Below the pieces are notes generated by a model. The model had not been told where the DNA came from, made no database searches, and was given only the letters and a program-made list of their open reading frames with translations. 64,000 nt of DNA from an uncultured Nitrososphaerota archaeon (lineage in GTDB: Archaea; Thermoproteota; Methanomethylicia; Methanomethylicales; Methanomethylicaceae): NCBI GenBank assembly GCA_964634735.1, contig CAZWMA010000001.1, positions 73,350 to 137,349 on the forward strand. Direction: 5' to 3'. Position 1 is the stretch's first letter; the number at the start of each line of letters is the position of its first letter. Below are positions 1-9,019 of the stretch, one piece after another. The translations under genes and the position numbers were made by a program.

Positions 1-4
1 CACA

Positions 5-325
5 ATGAACAGGGTTGTTGTATCTGATGTCAGCCAGTGCAATGGCTGCCGGATGTGCGAGATGGTCTGCTCATTCTGCCATACCGGGCAGTTCCAGCCA
101 TCAAGGTCACATATCAAGATCTACAAGATCGAGTCCAAGGGGATCGACATGCCCGTCATCGCCCCGACGTGCGACCTCTGCGAGGGCGGCGGCAACGCGC
201 CGGGCTTCCCGCAGTGCGTGAAGTACTGCCCCACGGTCGTCCTCAAATACGACGAATCGGGGCTCCACGTCTTGGACCGGATAAGGCTCGAGAGCGAGGC
301 GAGGAAGAGGGGGGCGCTGCAATGA
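5..325 (+). CDS. 4Fe-4S dicluster protein, probable electron-transfer subunit of the adjacent AOR
   Basis: CNGCRMCEMVC and CDLC...CVKYCP motifs; ATGA overlap with the AOR gene. Confidence 0.85.
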   Translation: MNRVVVSDVSQCNGCRMCEMVCSFCHTGQFQPSRSHIKIYKIESKGIDMPVIAPTCDLCEGGGNAPGFPQCVKYCPTVVLKYDESGLHVLDRIRLESEARKRGALQ

Positions 326-2235
326 CGCACGGCTGGGCAGGCACAATACTCCGCGTTGACCTGGCTTTGGGCAAGATAACCAAGCAGCCGCTGCCTATGG
401 ACTTGGCAAGGGAGTACATCGGGGGCAGGGGATTGGCCGCCCGCCTGCTGTACGACGAGGTCCCTGCCGGGACTGCGCCACTCGGTCCTGAGAACAAGGT
501 GATGGTTACGGTCGGCCCCCTGAGCGGCACTCCGATAGGGTGCGGCCGGGTCGGCTTCACGGGCAAATCGCCCCAGAGCGGGCTGTACATGGAGGGGAGC
601 GCAGGAGGGTTCTTCGGCCCCGAGCTCCACTACGCTGGCTACGACTTGATAATCTTCGAGGGCATCTCCCCCAAGCCTGTCTACCTATCAATAAGGGACT
701 CTGATGCGGAGCTGAAGGACGCCTCGCACCTGTGGGGGATGACGACGTCAAAGACTTACGATTCGATCATCAGGGAAGAGGGCGACGGCGACGTCCAGGT
801 CAGGTCGATAGGGCCCGCGGGCGAGAACCTCGTCAACGTCTCCACCACGATAGGCAACCTGCACCGGGCAGGCGGGCGCTCCTTGGGCGCAGTGTTGGGC
901 TCCAAGAGGGTGAAGGCTGTCGCTGTGAGGGGGACTGGCTCGACGAGCATCCTCGATCCAAGCGCCTTCAAGGAGGCGATGGACGAGATCTTCTTCGGTC
1001 TGAACATGGAGGAGTCCCTCGACCCGTTCACAAAGCAGTTCGGCATCTACGGCAGCCCCGTCATACTCAGGTACTTCAATGAGGTCGGCGGGCTCGCGAC
1101 CAGGAACGCCCAATCGTCGGTATTCGAGGGGGCGGACGGCATCGGCGACATCGCCTCAAAGAAGCACATCGTAAAGCCCAAGGCGTGCTTCTGCTGCCCA
1201 ATCCCTTCGTGCAGCCACTGGCTCTACGTGAAGGACGGCCCATGCAAGGGCACGGAGGGGGAGGGGGTGCAGACTACCGGGCAGGTCGTCTTTGGCTCCA
1301 TGCTCGGGATCGACTCCTTCGCAGCGGTGGCAAAGGCGCAGCTCATGTGCAACGACCTCGGGCTCGACCTCTACGCAGGGATACCCGTCGCATGGGCGTT
1401 CGAGGCATTCCAGAAGGGGATGCTCACCAAAGAAGATGCGGGGGGGCTCGACCTCACATGGGGCAATGCCGAGACGCTCTTCACCCTCTTGGGCATGATT
1501 GCGCACCGCGAGGGGCTGGGCGATATCCTTGCGGACGGCGCAATGAAGGCTGCCAAGAGGCTTGGAAGGGGCTCCGAGTTTGCCCTGCACTCCAAGGGTA
1601 TGGACTATGAGATTATCCACCCTAACGCGGTCTACACCCATGCCCTGGGTCTCGCGGTCAACAGCGTTGGCTCGGACCACACCGCATACTACCCGCCTTA
1701 CCCGCCATCAGTGGCCGCAATCCCGCCGGAGATAATCGGCGACCTTGGCTTCGACGCAAAGAAAGCGGGCGGGCGACTAACGACAGACGAGAAGGGCGCG
1801 CTGCTGAAGTGGTCCTACGACTCGAGAGCCGTCCTTGACAGCCTCGAGTTCTGCCTCTTCATAAGCCGGGGCAGGCTATACACCGACTTCAGGCCATACG
1901 CAAAGGCGCTTTCGGCTGCCACCGGCGTCAGCTACGACATGAAGGGCCTGCTGGCGATCGGGGAGCGAATATGCAACCTCGAGCGGGCATTCAACGTCCG
2001 CGAGGGGGCGAGCAGGAAAGACGACACGATACCAGAGCGCTTCTTGAAGCAGCCAGCAGAAGGCGGCAGCGCAGGCAGCATAGTGCCGCTGAACACCATG
2101 CTTGATGACTACTACCGTGTAAGGCATTGGGACCTGAAGACCGGGAACCCGACGAGGGCGACGCTCGAGCGTGTCGGGCTGAAGGGCGTTGCAGACGAGC
2201 TGCAGATGATGGGCAAGCTTCCGGAGGCTGCTTGA
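322..2235 (+). CDS. Aldehyde:ferredoxin oxidoreductase family (tungstopterin) protein
   Basis: GWAGTILRVDL N-terminus, YIGGRGL, KSPQSG, IGPAGEN, GAVLGSKRVKA, CFCCPIPSC, DLGLD, DSLEFC, ERAFNVREG; real start is ATG 322 inside track ORF 37..2235. Confidence 0.93.
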   Translation: MTHGWAGTILRVDLALGKITKQPLPMDLAREYIGGRGLAARLLYDEVPAGTAPLGPENKVMVTVGPLSGTPIGCGRVGFTGKSPQSGLYMEGSAGGFFGPELHYAGYDLIIFEGISPKPVYLSIRDSDAELKDASHLWGMTTSKTYDSIIREEGDGDVQVRSIGPAGENLVNVSTTIGNLHRAGGRSLGAVLGSKRVKAVAVRGTGSTSILDPSAFKEAMDEIFFGLNMEESLDPFTKQFGIYGSPVILRYFNEVGGLATRNAQSSVFEGADGIGDIASKKHIVKPKACFCCPIPSCSHWLYVKDGPCKGTEGEGVQTTGQVVFGSMLGIDSFAAVAKAQLMCNDLGLDLYAGIPVAWAFEAFQKGMLTKEDAGGLDLTWGNAETLFTLLGMIAHREGLGDILADGAMKAAKRLGRGSEFALHSKGMDYEIIHPNAVYTHALGLAVNSVGSDHTAYYPPYPPSVAAIPPEIIGDLGFDAKKAGGRLTTDEKGALLKWSYDSRAVLDSLEFCLFISRGRLYTDFRPYAKALSAATGVSYDMKGLLAIGERICNLERAFNVREGASRKDDTIPERFLKQPAEGGSAGSIVPLNTMLDDYYRVRHWDLKTGNPTRATLERVGLKGVADELQMMGKLPEAA

Positions 2236-2236
2236 G

Positions 2237-2515
2237 ATGGCTACTGTATCATGCGTATACCTCGGCTATATCAGCGACATCGCGGGCGGCAAGCCAGAAG
2301 AGCCAGTCCAAACAGGCGAACTATGGACGCTGCGGCTCCTTATAGCTGCTCTCGGCTCGAAATACCCTCAATTCCAAGAGACCTTCATCACGGCGTCTGG
2401 AACCCCTGTGCCTAGCAGGCAGATACTGATAAAACCCAAGGGGAAGCAGACCGGGCCGCCAGCCAAAGGCTTGGAGACGCTTATGGAGGACGGGATGCGG
2501 ATTATTTTCTGGTGA
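2237..2515 (+). CDS. MoaD/ThiS-like (ubiquitin-fold) protein lacking the C-terminal Gly-Gly
   Basis: 92 aa, beta-grasp-like pattern (GLETLMEDGMRIIFW), typical position after aor. Confidence 0.6.
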   Translation: MATVSCVYLGYISDIAGGKPEEPVQTGELWTLRLLIAALGSKYPQFQETFITASGTPVPSRQILIKPKGKQTGPPAKGLETLMEDGMRIIFW

Positions 2516-3423
2516 GCCATATGAAACGCTTCACCGTAGCAGGCATTCAGCTGGCGCTTGTTGAACCGAACAACGTCGCAAAGAATCAAGCATACGCGCT
2601 GTCCTGGCTCCCGCGCGCCATCAAGGAGACCGGGGCAGAGCTGGTCGTCTACCCCGAGACATGCAACACCGGCTTCGACACGGGGCTATCAGCCGGAGCG
2701 CTGTGGGACCTTGTCGATGAGATTCCTGGGCGGACAACATCGGCTGCCCAGAAGGCTGCCCGCGAGCACGGCGCCCATGTCGTCTGGAACACCTACGAGC
2801 GGGGCAGCAAGAGAGGAATCGTCTACAACAGCTCCGTCCTAATCGGGAGAGACGGCGAGATTGTTGGCGTTTACAGGAAGACGCACCCATTCCCCACGGA
2901 GCGCGTAGAGGGTGGTGGATGGACGACCGCCGGCGACGAAGTTAAGGCATTCAAAACAGACCTCGCGAAAATCGGGCTCATAATCTGCTACGATGGGGAT
3001 TTCCCCGACCTATCAACGACCTACGCCCTCCAGGGCGCCGAGGTAATCATCAGGTCATCTGCCCTCCTGCGCACCTACGATCACTGGAGCGCGGAGAACT
3101 TCGCTCGGGCATACGAGAACCACGTCTACCTCGTTGGGATAAACGCGGTCGGATCTGACGCTTCCAAGAACCACTACTTCGGGCACAGCCAGATAATAGC
3201 GCCGAACGGCTGGAAGCTTGCCCAAGCAAGGTGCGCCGAAGAGGTCGTCAGCGCTGAGCTATCGCCTGACCCGATCAAGAGCATATACGGCGGCATCAGT
3301 TCGCCGCAGGTATTCGACCACCTCGAGGACCGGAACGTCGGGGTTTACGACGTGATGAAAGAGGGCCGAAGCGGATTCGAACCTGGAAAGCGAGTCCCCT
3401 ACCGAAAAGCCCGCAGGGGCTAG
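2512..3423 (+). CDS. Carbon-nitrogen hydrolase (nitrilase superfamily)
   Basis: Glu-Lys-Cys triad motifs VYPE, YRKTH, ICYDG; start GTG 2512 or ATG 2521. Confidence 0.92.
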   Translation: MSHMKRFTVAGIQLALVEPNNVAKNQAYALSWLPRAIKETGAELVVYPETCNTGFDTGLSAGALWDLVDEIPGRTTSAAQKAAREHGAHVVWNTYERGSKRGIVYNSSVLIGRDGEIVGVYRKTHPFPTERVEGGGWTTAGDEVKAFKTDLAKIGLIICYDGDFPDLSTTYALQGAEVIIRSSALLRTYDHWSAENFARAYENHVYLVGINAVGSDASKNHYFGHSQIIAPNGWKLAQARCAEEVVSAELSPDPIKSIYGGISSPQVFDHLEDRNVGVYDVMKEGRSGFEPGKRVPYRKARRG

Positions 3424-3545
3424 CTCCCAATTCGCCGGGGAGATGAAGCTAAGATTAAAAAGTCACACCCTCCATTATTTACCGTTAGGCAATCCGCCAT
3501 AAATGCCAATCATGCCTGGCGGTCCAATTGGGTGGAATATCTGAC

Positions 3546-4469
3546 ATGCGAGTTCTTATCACGGGGGCCAACGGTCTCCTCGGCTCCAAGCTCTGCGAGC
3601 TCTACGCCCGTAAGGGGCACGTTGTATACGCCGGCTTCACATCCGTCCCGCCGGCAGTAGGGAAGCCGGTCCAGATGGACATCACCGACCGGGCGATGGT
3701 CAAGGAGGCGTTTGAGCAGCACAGCCCTGACATAGTCTTCCACTGCGCGGCCGTCACTGACGTTGATGCCTGCGAGCTGGACCCCATACTGGCGCACGAG
3801 GTCAACGTTGAGGGGACCCAGCACATCGTCCACGAGGCGAAGCGCGTCGGATGCCAGATGGTCTACATCTCCACCGACTACGTCTTCGACGGTGCCAAGG
3901 GCTACTACCGGGAGGACGACACCACGAATCCGGTTAACGTCTACGGGAAGAGCAAGCTGGAAGGCGAGAGGGTAGTTCTCGCGTCCGGGTTGCCGTCGCT
4001 CATCGCAAGGACGAGCGTCATCTACGGCGCTACGCCGTCGAGCGGCAAGATGAACTTCGCCCTGTGGGTGATAGACAGCCTGCGCAGGGGCGAGACGATA
4101 CCCGCCATAGCTGACAAGTACGCCTGCCCGACCTACAACCAGAACCTTGCCGAGATGCTTATCGAGGCGACCGAGAGGGGCTTCTCCGGCATACACCACC
4201 TCTGCGGAGCAACGCGGGTCTCCAGGCTCGAGTTCGCGAACGCTATCGCCGATGCGTTCGGCCTCGACAAGTCGAAGATACGCGTCGCCACATCCATGGA
4301 GTACGACGCCCGGCAGAGGGCAAAGAGGCCGCAGGATTCGTCGCTCGACGTTTCGGGGGTCATGCGTTCGCTGAGGACGCGCCCGATGGAGCTCAAGGAT
4401 GCCTTGGCAGCGCTCAAGGCTGAGATGGAGGAGAACCCGCTGATATCCCCCTCCACCCGCAGCATGTAG
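3546..4469 (+). CDS. rfbD: dTDP-4-dehydrorhamnose reductase family SDR
   Basis: MRVLITGANGLLG, ISTDYVFDG, YGKSK, AKRPQDSSLD. Confidence 0.88.
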   Translation: MRVLITGANGLLGSKLCELYARKGHVVYAGFTSVPPAVGKPVQMDITDRAMVKEAFEQHSPDIVFHCAAVTDVDACELDPILAHEVNVEGTQHIVHEAKRVGCQMVYISTDYVFDGAKGYYREDDTTNPVNVYGKSKLEGERVVLASGLPSLIARTSVIYGATPSSGKMNFALWVIDSLRRGETIPAIADKYACPTYNQNLAEMLIEATERGFSGIHHLCGATRVSRLEFANAIADAFGLDKSKIRVATSMEYDARQRAKRPQDSSLDVSGVMRSLRTRPMELKDALAALKAEMEENPLISPSTRSM

Positions 4470-4519
4470 CCGGCATATTCCCTGGCCCGATCCCTGCGCC
4501 GTTACGGCACTACAAACCC

Positions 4520-4526
4520 TTTTAAG
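4520..4526 (+). promoter_or_regulatory. Putative TATA box for the ileS transcript
   Basis: TTTTAAG preceded by CAAACC; the best TATA-like site in the 390-nt gap. Confidence 0.45.
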
Positions 4527-4549
4527 CGACGTAAAGCCATAGCTGGAGG

Positions 4550-4857
4550 CGTTGGGGTATCAACGGCATGAATTTTCGCATAGGAAGAGCGCATACTGAG
4601 CTTCATCCTCACCACTCCCAAGAGAAGCCTGCAAAGAAGCGCAGGGCATAGGAAAATGCATCGCCGGAACGAATAGCAATGCGTGGAATGACCTATGCGG
4701 TCGAGGGGCGCCGGGGCGAGGCCCTGGCAGGCGCACAGCCTTGCGACCATCTGATTCTCCGTCAAACATAAATCGCACATGCCGTAATCCTATTTAGCAT
4801 CAGCTAATCCCGGCAGCAGACCGTATCAGTGCCGCCGGGGCACAGGGTGCGTTCACA
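4550..4857 (+). promoter_or_regulatory. Candidate structured 5' leader or ncRNA upstream of ileS
   Basis: Several complementary segments, e.g. ACGGCATG/CATGCCGT, CGCATAGG/CCTATGCG, GCCGGGGC/GCCCTGGC, CCCGGC/GCCGGG. Confidence 0.4.
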
Positions 4858-7800
4858 ATGGCAACGTTCAAGAAGGTCAGTCAGACAGTCGACTTCCCCG
4901 ATCTGGAGAACCGCATGCTCAAGTTCTGGGAAGAGACCGACGCTTTCAACACGCGCAGGAAGATGAACAAGGGGGGCAGGAAGTGGTCGTTCCTCGACGG
5001 TCCGATAACCGCCAACAACCCGATGGGGGTCCACCACGCGTGGGGCAGGACGTACAAGGACCTCTTCCAGAGGTTCTACGCCATGAGGGGCTGCGAAATC
5101 AGGTACCAGAACGGGTTCGACTGCCAAGGCCTCTGGGTGGAGGTCGAGGTCGAGAAGTCCCTCGGGTTCAAGTCGAAGCAGGACATCGAGAAGTACGGCG
5201 TCTCCGAGTTCATAAAGAACTGCAAGCAGAGGGTCCTGAGGTACGCAGCCAAGCAGACCGAACAGTCCATCAGGCTCGGGTACTGGATGGAGTGGAACGA
5301 CCCCAGCAAGCTCAGGGCGCTCGCAGACGCGCTCGACCATCCAGAGAAGCCGGTGGACTATGTCGGAGAAACCGGCGGCAATATGACCGGCACCCCGGAG
5401 CAGGTTATAGGGCAGCTGGGCTCCCTCGAGCTGGGCGGCTCCTACTTCACCATGGCCGACGTCAACAACTACGGCATATGGTCGGTCCTTAAGAAGTGCC
5501 ACGAGCACGGCTGGGTCTACAAGGGCACAGACGTCATGCCCTGGTGCCCGCGCTGCTCCACAGCCCTCTCGGAGCACGAGATCGCCACCGAGGGTTACAG
5601 GGAGACCGCGCACACGTCCCTCACCGTCAAGATGCCAATCCGCGAGAGGCCTGGCGAGAGCCTTTTGGTATGGACGACCACGCCGTGGACGCTCACGTCA
5701 AACGTCGCGGTAGCAGTCAATCCCAACCTCACCTACGCGAAGGTAAAGCACGACGGCGGCATCTACTACGCGGCGAAGGCGGTCGTCCCGAGCATATTCG
5801 GGAAGGGATACGAGGTCATGGGCGAGGTTCTGGGGGGCGAGCTCGAAGGGCTCACGTACGACGGCCCATTCGACGAGCTGGACGCCGTAAAGGCGGCAGG
5901 GGTCCCCAAGCGCCACAAGGTCATACCATGGGCCGAGGTCAGCGAGGCTGACGGCACAGGGATGGTCCACATCGCTCCGGGCTGCGGCAAGGAAGACCAT
6001 GAACTCGGCAAGGAGTACTCCCTGCCGGCGATATCCCCAATCAACGAGTTCGGGGAGTTCATCGGCGGCTTCGGGGAGTTTACCGGGCTGCACGTCTACA
6101 ACTCCGTCGCCCCGGTCATATCCGCACTCAAGGCAAAAGGCAAGCTCTTCAGGTCGGAGAAGTACCGCCACAGGTACCCGTTCTGCTGGAGGTGCGGCAA
6201 CGAGCTCGTCTTCAGGCTTGTGGACGAGTGGTTCATCTCCATGGGGGAGAAGCGGGAGGCCGGCTCCGAGCCGTTCGGGCCGGAACCCGAGGACCCTCGC
6301 ATGGCGCCGCATAGTTCCAGCGAGATCCTCAGGGAGCAGATAAGCGAGGTCACCAGCAAGGTCAAGTGGATCCCGCCGTTCGGCCTGTCGCAGGAGCTCG
6401 ACTGGCTCCAGAACATGGGGGACTGGATGATATCAAAGAAGCGCTACTGGGGGCTGGCTCTCCCGATCTGGGAGTGCAAGTCCTGCGGAGCGTTCGACGT
6501 GATAGGCAGCCGCGAGGAGCTGAAATCCAAGGCGATAAAGGGCTGGGACGCGTTCGAAGGGCACTCCCCGCACAAGCCGTGGGTCGACCTGGTCAAGACC
6601 AAGTGCCCCAAGTGCGGCTCGGAGATGTCGCGCGTGCCTGACGTCGGCAACCCGTGGCTCGACGCCGGGATCGTCGCATATTCCACAACCGGGTACTTCA
6701 CCAACCGGAAGTACTGGTCGGAGTGGGTGCCCGCCGACCTCATCTGCGAGTCCCTCCCTGGGCAGTTCAGGAACTGGTTCTACTCCCTGCTCACAATGAG
6801 CACGATCCTTGAGCGGATACCCCCAACGAAGGCGGTGTTCGGCTTTGGCACGGTCCTAGCGGAGGACGGGCGGGAGATGCACAAGTCATGGGGGAACGCC
6901 ATATGGTTCGACGACGCCGCCCAGAGCATGGGCGCCGATGTCATGCGGTGGATGTATTGCACAAACCGCCCTGAGGTGGACATGCTCTTCGGCTACAAGC
7001 GCTCCGAGGACGTGAAGAAGGAGTTCCTCATACCCCTCTGGAACATCTACTCGTTCTTCGTCACCTATGCAGACCTCGACAGCTGGAAACCGTCAGGCAA
7101 GCCTGCTGTCTTCACGCAGCTCGACAGGTGGATGCTCTCGAAGCTCCAGGTACTCGTGCGCGAGGTGACATCATGCCTTGAGGACTATGACCCGGTAGGC
7201 GCCTCCACTCGCATCGAGAAGTTCGTGGACCTTCTGTCGCAGTGGTACATCAGGCGCTCTAGGAGAAGGTTCTGGAAGAGCGAGTCCGACAGCGACAAGG
7301 AGGCTGCCTACTCAACGCTATACGCGTGCATAACGACGCTCCTCCGGCTGCTCGCCCCGTTCATACCGTTCATGTCCGAGGAGATCTACCAGAACGTCGT
7401 CAGGTCGGTCGATCCCAAGTCGCCCACCAGCGTGCACCACTGCAGCTGGCCGTCGCCGGACGGCTCCCTGGTTGACGCGGACCTCATTGCATCGATGGAC
7501 GCCACGATACGCGCGTGCAGCCTGGGGCACTCGGTCAGGGCAGCTTCGGGCGTCAAGGTCCGGCAGCCGCTGGAGAGGGCGATCATATTCGCGGACAAGA
7601 AGCTAGCGGACCAGATAGCCCCGCTGGAGGACCTCGTGAAGGAGGAGCTCAACGTCAAGAGCATCGAGTTTGGGCTTGACAAGGAGGCGCTGGTCGACTT
7701 CAAGATAAGGCCGCTCCCGAGGCTCCTCGGGGTCAAGCACGGAAGGTCGCTCCCCAAGATACTGGCAGCCGTGGAGTCTATGGACCAGTCCGCCCTTGCA

Positions 7801-8235
7801 GCAGCATTCAAGTCCGGCAAGAGCGTGGCTGTCGCAGTCGATGGAAATGATATTGCCCTCCTGCCGACCGAGGTCGAGATTCAGTCGAAGCCGAAGGAGG
7901 GGTACAAGATGGCGGAGGAGTCCGGACTTGCGGTCGCGGTGGACGTCAATGTTTCCGAGGCGCTGAAGGACGAAGGCTTCGCAAGGGACATCGTCCGCAG
8001 GATACAGAACCAGCGCAAGGAGTCCGGGTTCGAGATCTCCGACAGGATCGAAGTATACTACTCCGCCTCGCCCAAGCTGGACTCTGTATTCTCGAAGTTC
8101 AGGTCGTACATAGCGGCTGAGACGCTCGCCTCGAGCCTGCAGAAGAAGGCGCCACCAGAGGGAGTCCAAGCGTTCGAATACGATATCGAAGGCGAGAAGT
8201 TCAAGGCTGGCTTGGTCCGACTTCCGAAGCAGTAG
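4858..8235 (+). CDS. ileS: Isoleucine--tRNA ligase (IleRS2-like, GVHH/EMHKS signature variants)
   Basis: DGPITANNPMGVHH, GFDCQGLWVE, WTTTPWTL editing motif, GTGMVHIAPGCG, DWMISKKRYWG, WYIRRSRRRFW. Confidence 0.96.
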   Translation: MATFKKVSQTVDFPDLENRMLKFWEETDAFNTRRKMNKGGRKWSFLDGPITANNPMGVHHAWGRTYKDLFQRFYAMRGCEIRYQNGFDCQGLWVEVEVEKSLGFKSKQDIEKYGVSEFIKNCKQRVLRYAAKQTEQSIRLGYWMEWNDPSKLRALADALDHPEKPVDYVGETGGNMTGTPEQVIGQLGSLELGGSYFTMADVNNYGIWSVLKKCHEHGWVYKGTDVMPWCPRCSTALSEHEIATEGYRETAHTSLTVKMPIRERPGESLLVWTTTPWTLTSNVAVAVNPNLTYAKVKHDGGIYYAAKAVVPSIFGKGYEVMGEVLGGELEGLTYDGPFDELDAVKAAGVPKRHKVIPWAEVSEADGTGMVHIAPGCGKEDHELGKEYSLPAISPINEFGEFIGGFGEFTGLHVYNSVAPVISALKAKGKLFRSEKYRHRYPFCWRCGNELVFRLVDEWFISMGEKREAGSEPFGPEPEDPRMAPHSSSEILREQISEVTSKVKWIPPFGLSQELDWLQNMGDWMISKKRYWGLALPIWECKSCGAFDVIGSREELKSKAIKGWDAFEGHSPHKPWVDLVKTKCPKCGSEMSRVPDVGNPWLDAGIVAYSTTGYFTNRKYWSEWVPADLICESLPGQFRNWFYSLLTMSTILERIPPTKAVFGFGTVLAEDGREMHKSWGNAIWFDDAAQSMGADVMRWMYCTNRPEVDMLFGYKRSEDVKKEFLIPLWNIYSFFVTYADLDSWKPSGKPAVFTQLDRWMLSKLQVLVREVTSCLEDYDPVGASTRIEKFVDLLSQWYIRRSRRRFWKSESDSDKEAAYSTLYACITTLLRLLAPFIPFMSEEIYQNVVRSVDPKSPTSVHHCSWPSPDGSLVDADLIASMDATIRACSLGHSVRAASGVKVRQPLERAIIFADKKLADQIAPLEDLVKEELNVKSIEFGLDKEALVDFKIRPLPRLLGVKHGRSLPKILAAVESMDQSALAAAFKSGKSVAVAVDGNDIALLPTEVEIQSKPKEGYKMAEESGLAVAVDVNVSEALKDEGFARDIVRRIQNQRKESGFEISDRIEVYYSASPKLDSVFSKFRSYIAAETLASSLQKKAPPEGVQAFEYDIEGEKFKAGLVRLPKQ

Positions 8236-9019
8236 TAGCGGATGCCGCAGCGGCGCCCGGAGGCGCCCCCATCCCGAGCAGCCTCATCATGAGCTGGGCA
8301 TCCGAAGGCGAGTGCCCAGAGTAGTACTTCGTGAAGACCCCATAGACCTCGATACCCGCCTCTAGGTATCTCCTAACCCTTCCAGCCCACTCCGCGGTGT
8401 CGCTGTCCCTGTCGCGCTCCTTCGCGCCCGTCGTGCCGCTTATGGCGGACTTGTCCCCCTCCCACCTGATGTACGTGAACCCCGCCGTCAGGACATCCAC
8501 CTTGGGCATCCATGGGTGATCTGCGAGCACGAGGGCTACCCCCGCGTCCCTGAGCACTTTGTAAAGGCTCTCGCCAAGCCATCCGCGGTTCTTGACCTCG
8601 ATTGCATACCTCGCAACCGGTGGGAGACCGCGCACGAAATCCTTCAATGCCGGGAGGTGGTCCGGCGTGAACGACGGCGGAAGCTGCACGAGCAGGCAGC
8701 CGAGCTTGGGGCCGAGGAAGCGGATGTTCTCAAGGAACGCTCCCACATCGTCGCCAGCGTCCCTCAGCATCTTCTCGTCCGTTATGCGCCTAGGCATCTT
8801 CGCAGTGAAGGTGAACCCCTCTGGCACTTGTGACCTCCAGTTCTTCACCATCTGCTGCGGCGGTATCCCGTAGTAGGAGCTGTCCACCTCCACAGCCAGC
8901 ATCCTCTTGGAGTACTCCGCAAGAAAGTCCCTCGGCTTGGCTCCAGCCGGGTAGAAGTTGCCGATCCAGAAGTCGTAGCCCCACCCGGCGGTGCCGATGT
9001 GCGCCACAGCCCCCGCCAT
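8201..9019 (-). CDS. DUF72 (YecE/YunF) family protein
   Basis: IGTAGWGY, VEVDSSYY, FTFTAKMPRRIT, LGCLLVQLPPSF; start ATG 9019 coupled (TGATG) to the upstream gene. Confidence 0.88.
   Translation of the reverse strand: MAGAVAHIGTAGWGYDFWIGNFYPAGAKPRDFLAEYSKRMLAVEVDSSYYGIPPQQMVKNWRSQVPEGFTFTAKMPRRITDEKMLRDAGDDVGAFLENIRFLGPKLGCLLVQLPPSFTPDHLPALKDFVRGLPPVARYAIEVKNRGWLGESLYKVLRDAGVALVLADHPWMPKVDVLTAGFTYIRWEGDKSAISGTTGAKERDRDSDTAEWAGRVRRYLEAGIEVYGVFTKYYSGHSPSDAQLMMRLLGMGAPPGAAAASATTASEVGPSQP

Noticed and set aside
37..321. 95-aa N-terminal extension of the AOR ORF in the track
   Set aside because: It overlaps the ferredoxin gene in another frame; AOR homology starts at ATG 322
3526..3541. AATTGGGTGGAATATC resembling a T-box core
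   Set aside because: It is simply the SD region of rfbD; no ACC, no antiterminator and no amino-acid-related gene follows
4568..4651. 27-aa uORF (MNFRIGRAHT...) as an ileS attenuator peptide
   Set aside because: Only one Ile codon and no convincing SD
4540..4850. RNase P or SRP RNA as the identity of the ileS upstream region
   Set aside because: Neither the RNase P GAGGAAAGUCC-type motifs nor the SRP helix-8 motif was found on either strand
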